NCBI GenBank assembly: GCA_050230475.1
Contig: JBFLGF010000166.1
Coordinates: forward strand, 1-64,000
Direction: 5' to 3'
DNA length: 64,000 nucleotides
Source of the DNA: Ancylonema sp.
Lineage: Eukaryota
Shown here: in pieces, positions 56,334-64,000 of the stretch
Numbering within the stretch: position 1 is the first letter of the stretch
Layout of the letters: the number at the start of each line of letters is the position of its first letter
Notes under the pieces: generated by a model
Databases searched by the model: none
What the model was told of the DNA's origin: nothing
Seen by the model: the letters and a program-made list of their open reading frames with translations, nothing else
Position numbers and translations under genes: made by a program

Positions 56334-59300
56334 TGACGTGCGGTTTGGAGTCGGCTACTCTTCGGGATGGTTGTTGGTTGATGGCTTGATTGGAATGGTT
56401 ATCTTCTTGTTGTATATTTATTGTTGATACTTGTCTTGATATTCTCCTTCGTCACTGTAGTCTCGAATGGTTTTTACTTGATGTTGATCATAGTCTTGTA
56501 GGGCTCTGCTGCTCTCACTAAGTTGGGTTGCAGATTGCGTCTTTGCTCAGAATTAGGTGTTACGCTAATTCTATCACACTTTCTCGTGCGTGAATATGTG
56601 GAACACTACTTGACGCCGAGGTCGAGTCGGCAATTACTATCGATAGTAGAAAGTATAGAAAGGATAGTCGATGGTAAACATAGTATTATGGTGCAGAACA
56701 CTACGGTCGATAGCCGAAAGGTAAACTTTCGAGTAGAAAGTTCGGTTGTCAAACGGTGCTTTGACAGATGGTATTTGGTAGATGTGATGTGCTCGTTCAG
56801 TTAGAACGTCAACAATTGGTTGCGCGACGTTATCTTTCTAGCTCGGTATGGGCGTCTGTAAATCGATGAAAATTGACAAAGTAGTTCTGGCTCAGTCACA
56901 GCGTCAGCAAAGTGGTACACAAATATCGTTGGCTCAGTAAGAGCGTCAGCACAAAGATGTGATAGTAAACAAACAAGTTTACATGTTGGCTTAGTAAGAG
57001 CGTCAGCGAAACAACACAAGTAATTACAACAAGTTGCGAAGGACACTTTGGTCAACTTACACATTTGATCGACGTCAGTCGAGCGAGCAATCATAGACAA
57101 TTAAAGAGATGATGGCAAGAATTGGCGTCACCCAAGAGTTGCGGGATTCATATAATACAATTGAAAGGATTTCTCGAAAGAGTTATGAAAGTTTTTTGAC
57201 GGCGCAGTCTGACAGCGGAAGGTGGCAGATCTGTTACAAATGAAAGTCTTTATGCTGCGTGATTCTAATCGGCAGACTAACTAGAGTCAATCGACATGAT
57301 TAATCGACACGTTGTACTCCACTAGAGCTCGACAGGCTATACTGTACTAGAGCAGGTGGTGGTTGTTTCGGCATGGGTGCCTATGGTGGATATGCATAAG
57401 GTGGTGGTACATCCCCATGTGGTGAATCCAATAGTAAATTTCGGCGGTGGGAACAATTGGACATGCTGTGTCCTTTTTGTCCATAGAAGAAGCATCGTAC
57501 CTCTCTCATAGTAGAATCATATTGGTTGGTCTAGATAGTCGTAGTGTGGTAATGGTTCACTTTTGGATGGTAGAAGTTCACAGTCGGTTTCGTGGTCTGA
57601 TGTTATGCTGACCTCGTTGTTGGTTTGAGGTAGAGTAGTCCAATTAAGCGAAGTCGATGTGCTCATGCGGTCGATGATTTTTTGCACAACTCGTTCTAGC
57701 TGAGTATCGGAAATGTGGATGGAGATATCTGGTGCAGATTCGTCCATGGGCATCACTGTGTAGGACACTGCGTTTATTTTAGTAGTAACTTTGTCGATGA
57801 TGCCGTTGATGTTGCGTGTCACCATGTCTTCCCGCCATTGTACCTCAACTTTTTGGAGCTGTGTCAAAATATGGGTCGGATATACTTGCTCCCAATCCTG
57901 TGGTCGATACTTACTTAGAATATGAACGTGCTCCATGATTGTTTCCTAAACCTTTGGAACAAAGGCCTGGACGACCGTGGTGTGGGTCTCAACCTGTTCC
58001 GCAATTTGCCAAAGTCTGAAGTATCGGAAGTCAGAACTGATGTTTGCGGCCTTCCGGATCATGTCCTTGTGGTAGTTCAAATCATTGATTTTCGCTGCCG
58101 TCGCTGAACCTTGTTGCTCGGGGAGTGTGTAACCCGTTGTCTGGTTGACAATGTTGATCATTGAAACTACTAGTTTTTTTTTTATTTAAAAAACTGGTCA
58201 ATTTGTGGTAATAAAAAATGATTTTCTAGGGTTAAAGTCTTGCCCTGTCCTGATTGAAGTTGGGTTGCAGATTGAGTCCCTGCTGAGAATTAGGTGTTAC
58301 TCTAATTCTATCACACTTTTTTGTGCGTGGATGTGTGGAACACTACTTGACGCCGAGGGCGAGTAGACAATTACTATCGATGATAGAAATTTTGGAAAGG
58401 ATAGTCGATGGTAAACATAGTATTTTTGGTGCATAACACCAAGGTCAACAGCCGAAAGGTAAACTTTCGAGTAGAAAGATCGGCTCTCAAACGGTGCGTT
58501 GACAGATAGTATTTTGGTAGATGTGATGTGCTCGTTCAGTTAGAACGTCAACAATTGGTTGCGCGTCGTTATCCTACTGGCTCGGTATGGGCGTCTGTAA
58601 ATCGATGAAAATCGACAAAGTAGTTCTAGCTCAATCAAAACGTGAGCAAAGTGGTACACAAATATCGCTGGCTCAATAAGAGCGTCAGCACAAAGATGTG
58701 ATAGTAAACAAACAAGTTTACATGTTGGCTTAGTAAGAGCGTCAGCGAAACAACACAAGTAATTACAACAAGTTGCGAAGGACACTTTGGTCAACTTACC
58801 CATTTGGTCGACGTCGGTCGAGCGAGCAATCGTAGACAATTAACAAGATAATCGCAAGAATTGGCGTCACTAAAGAGTTGCAGGATTTAGATTATACAAT
58901 TGAAAGGATTTCTCGAAAAATGTATGAAAGTTTTTTGACGGCGCAATCTGACTGCGGAAGGTGGCAGATCTGTTACAAATGAAAGTCTTTATGCTGCGCG
59001 ATGCCCATCGGCAGACTAACTAGAGTCAATCGACATGGGTAATCGACAGGCTGTACTCTAGAATGTTATATTCAATCTTGACGCTACAAATATAGACGTC
59101 AATTATTCTTCGGCTGTATTTTATCGCCCGGATAATATCGAAAAGTCAGAAATATCATCGTCGATAACAAACTAGCGCTTAGCGCTGAAAAATCGACACG
59201 CACTCTAAATTGGACGACTTCTGGATATTACACTCGGAAAATACGCCATGCGTTATTTATTTCGAGTTTACACAAATGTACTGAATTTTGCGAAGTATTG

Positions 59301-59440
59301 ATTCTAACTTCACACTGAATTCTCGATATCTATCTATTCTTGTTATATCGAATTTGTTTGCTTATAGCAAAGTATTCGACTAGAGAGGTTTGGATATCAT
59401 TACAGAGTGGTTCTACTTAACGATCTCTAGCGGCATGATA
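56334..59440 (-). mobile_element. Internally deleted LTR retrotransposon with gag remnant
   Basis: 4-bp TSD GCGG; about 800-bp direct repeats at 56520-57320 and 58257-59060; minus-strand ORF fragments at ~57400-58161 with degenerate knuckle CFFYGQKGHSMSNC; related to solo LTR 2123-3477. Confidence 0.8.
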
Positions 59441-60351
59441 GCGGTTTTTTTCGGCCTTTGCTCTAAGTATGTGATGTACAAATTAATGATTCACGTGTGT
59501 GTCTAAAGTAACGCACAAGACCTCATCTACTTTATTATAGCGTCATACCACTTGCGTTCTACGTTATTTACAACGTGATCAGGAAAAGTCACCCGTAATC
59601 CACCGTTAAAGACGCCAAGAACAAGCGGAAAATGCCACCTACCCCCTACCTGCGAGGGATGGCAAGTCTAAAAACCCTCTCCGTAATTAGGGGTATTTAG
59701 ACCGTAATCACAAAATCATGATAAGGGTTCCCCCCAAAAGCTCCCCTAAAAATCCCAAAGTATACATTTGAAATAAGGGGCAATTTAGGGGCGTTTGCCA
59801 CCTCAGACCGTCAATTTAGAGCCTAAATTGTTGTAATTTGAAAGGGGAAAAACATGGAGGCCTGTCACCAAACGTACTAACAAGAATCGCCACTGATAAG
59901 TGCCGTGTCGCTATTGCGTATACTTTGAGTGGACATCGGACAACGGATTTTGGCCTACCACGAGTTTGTCAAGCTCAATCGGGTAATGTTTGCCATGAAT
60001 TGTGAGATAGTAGATCTTATCGAGAGTAACCTCTCACCGGGGCGTACGGAACTGTTTCGCCCCGGAAACTCGGAATTGAGGCTCTTCGGAGGAAATTCAG
60101 TCTTGCCTGTCCTCCGCCCCCCCCCCCCAAAATTTTCGAACGGATTGGAGGGTAAATGGCATTGATAACTAATTTAATCAATGCCATAAATTTCATTGCA
60201 CGACCGTATACTTGGACACACTACTTTCCCCTCCAAATTGTGATGATGGAAACTCTCATATTACATTGATTATCCACGTTTTTGCTTGTAGACTAGTGTT
60301 GCCAATGTGTAGAGAAAATGCGGCAATGGATTACTTTATGAAGTGACTACA

Positions 60352-60642
60352 TGTCGTACCTATATCGATCGTGTACGGCTACACGTGCAAACGCTACACC
60401 GTATAGGCACACCATACACATCGTGGCTATAACAAGGTCCACTCGACCGTACAAGCTATCACATAGCAAGGCCATCTCCCTAGGCACACCCCGTACTCGC
60501 GTAACCACGCCTAGACGGCATGCAGTTACCGAGCACCGCTCCCCATCACCGCGCCTAGACGGCATGCGGTGCCGCAACTTGCGCGATCACAAAAACAAAT
60601 GCTCACTCCCCCGCTGTCACTAACGTACTGGGCAAGATATCA
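60352..60642. mobile_element. LTR-like repeat, copy 2
   Basis: Aligns with 26201-26474. Confidence 0.55.
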
Positions 60643-62151
60643 AGCTCTGTCTCTAGACGCGTCGAACGCACTATCGTACGCAGCAAATGATTACCGCTAC
60701 GATATATGGCATTCGCTCAACGATATCAGCCTTTAACATCCCCATAGCCAAAGCTCAACGCAATCACAAAACGACACGTCAACGCTCTTGCCAAAGCTTA
60801 TTTGGTATGCACTCTGGCGTAATGCAGCCAGAGTGCTCAAGCATCAGAATACATAGTCCGAAAGTCCAACAAGGCACTTCCGACTCACTTGTACTATCCG
60901 TACGCTAGAATGTAATCTACATCGTACGCATGCGTCCGATCGAACACATTCAGTCCAAGTATTTCCTACCCTTAGCCGAAATCGAACACGATCACAATCG
61001 GCCAATCACATAACTGCCAGCATGTCACTACATGGGCCCCTCAACCCGGGAGTCGGGCACGGCCCCGTTTCGTGGCCGCTGTAACGTTTGTGGCCCGACG
61101 GCCGCTATGTCTAACAAATAAAACGAGCGCGGAAGTCAATCCTAAATTCCATACTTCCGCCAAACTACTGCCGCCATATTTCCGTATCCCCGCTAAAGCA
61201 ATCGAATATCGATCGCTCTATCGAACAATTAATATTTCGACGGGCCCCTGCGGGCTCCCGCCCGCTGCCGCTATATCGCGAACAAATAAATAACCCAGTC
61301 CCCAGCCGCCTACCGCCCTAGCCGCCTACCGCCCTACTGCAGACAGCATGCTAGCGGCGTCAACCGTACCCGGGTGAATACCCGGTTGGGACCGTACGGC
61401 ACACATGTGCCGCAAGTGCGCGTCGATTAAGTGTGACATACACAATCAGCGATGCGATGCGATGCTTCCGATCGTTCTCTCTTTGTTTGTCACTTCGATT
61501 TGATTTTTTGAGACACAAATTTTTGACTTCTCGCTCCAAGTTTTCCAAATATACCATAGGCTCAAATAGGTGTTGGGAAAAAAAAACTATTTTCTCTACC
61601 AAAATCATGTAGGAGATCAAACATGCATGATATAGTGAATGTGGTTCCAGGTGGGCTTTTTCAAACTTAGTGAGTCTCGTTTTGTCTGATTATTTTGAAA
61701 TTATGCTTGAAACACATTATCCACTGGAATGGCAAGTTTTTAAGGGCACTACTGTTTTCACAACTGCTGAAGAATCCAAAGAATCCATGTCTACCTTGGC
61801 AATTTCGCAAAGTCACACCCAGAAATCAATTTAGGGCCTAATCTGTCATCCCCGCCCGCCTATCCAGCGAAGATTTCCAGCTGCGGCTGGCCCTCTCGGC
61901 AGGGGTCCCGCCATACCAGCAGTGATGCCAGCGGTGTGCCTTGGGAGCAGAAAGCGTGAAGTCGATAAGGGAATAAATGGCTGACCAGATGACAACAAAG
62001 TTTTGCCGAAGGCCGCAGTGTGCCGCTCAAGTCGCGCACGGCTCACGACAGCATCTAAGGAGGAAGAGCGGATACTCATCGCGTCCTCACCTTCTGCCAA
62101 TTAAGAAGTGTTTTTCTTGATTATATAGTCAGTAATTACAACTCAGCGAAT

Positions 62152-64000
<1,849 letters not shown>

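Overview
Eukaryotic, intron-rich genomic DNA. The gene set (PICKLE-type CHD3, LRB/POB1-type BTB, plant-type Erv1, JMJ13/JMJ706-type JmjC) suggests a non-seed streptophyte, probably a streptophyte alga; this is an inference. Six host genes are recognisable: CHD3/PICKLE (-), a WBP2/GRAM-like gene (+), BTB-BACK (+), Erv1 (+), mitochondrial PDH E1-alpha (-) and an R3H-domain gene (+, may run off the end). They sit among hAT, Tc1/pogo-like and LTR transposon relics. The most unusual region is about 35.8-55.2 kb. It holds two inverted copies of a degenerate JmjC-C5HC2 histone-demethylase gene flanking a Copia LTR-PBS-gag fragment. The right copy is split in its catalytic core by a Ty3 chromovirus, which itself contains an inverted element of the same family. 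These chromoviruses have no tRNA PBS and instead show a Tf1-like self-priming signature and an A-AAA-AAC -1 frameshift site. They also show apparent homogenisation between their 5' LTRs and a CHG-type mutation footprint. All calls come from reading the sequence by eye; no searches were run, and exon boundaries are approximate where stated.
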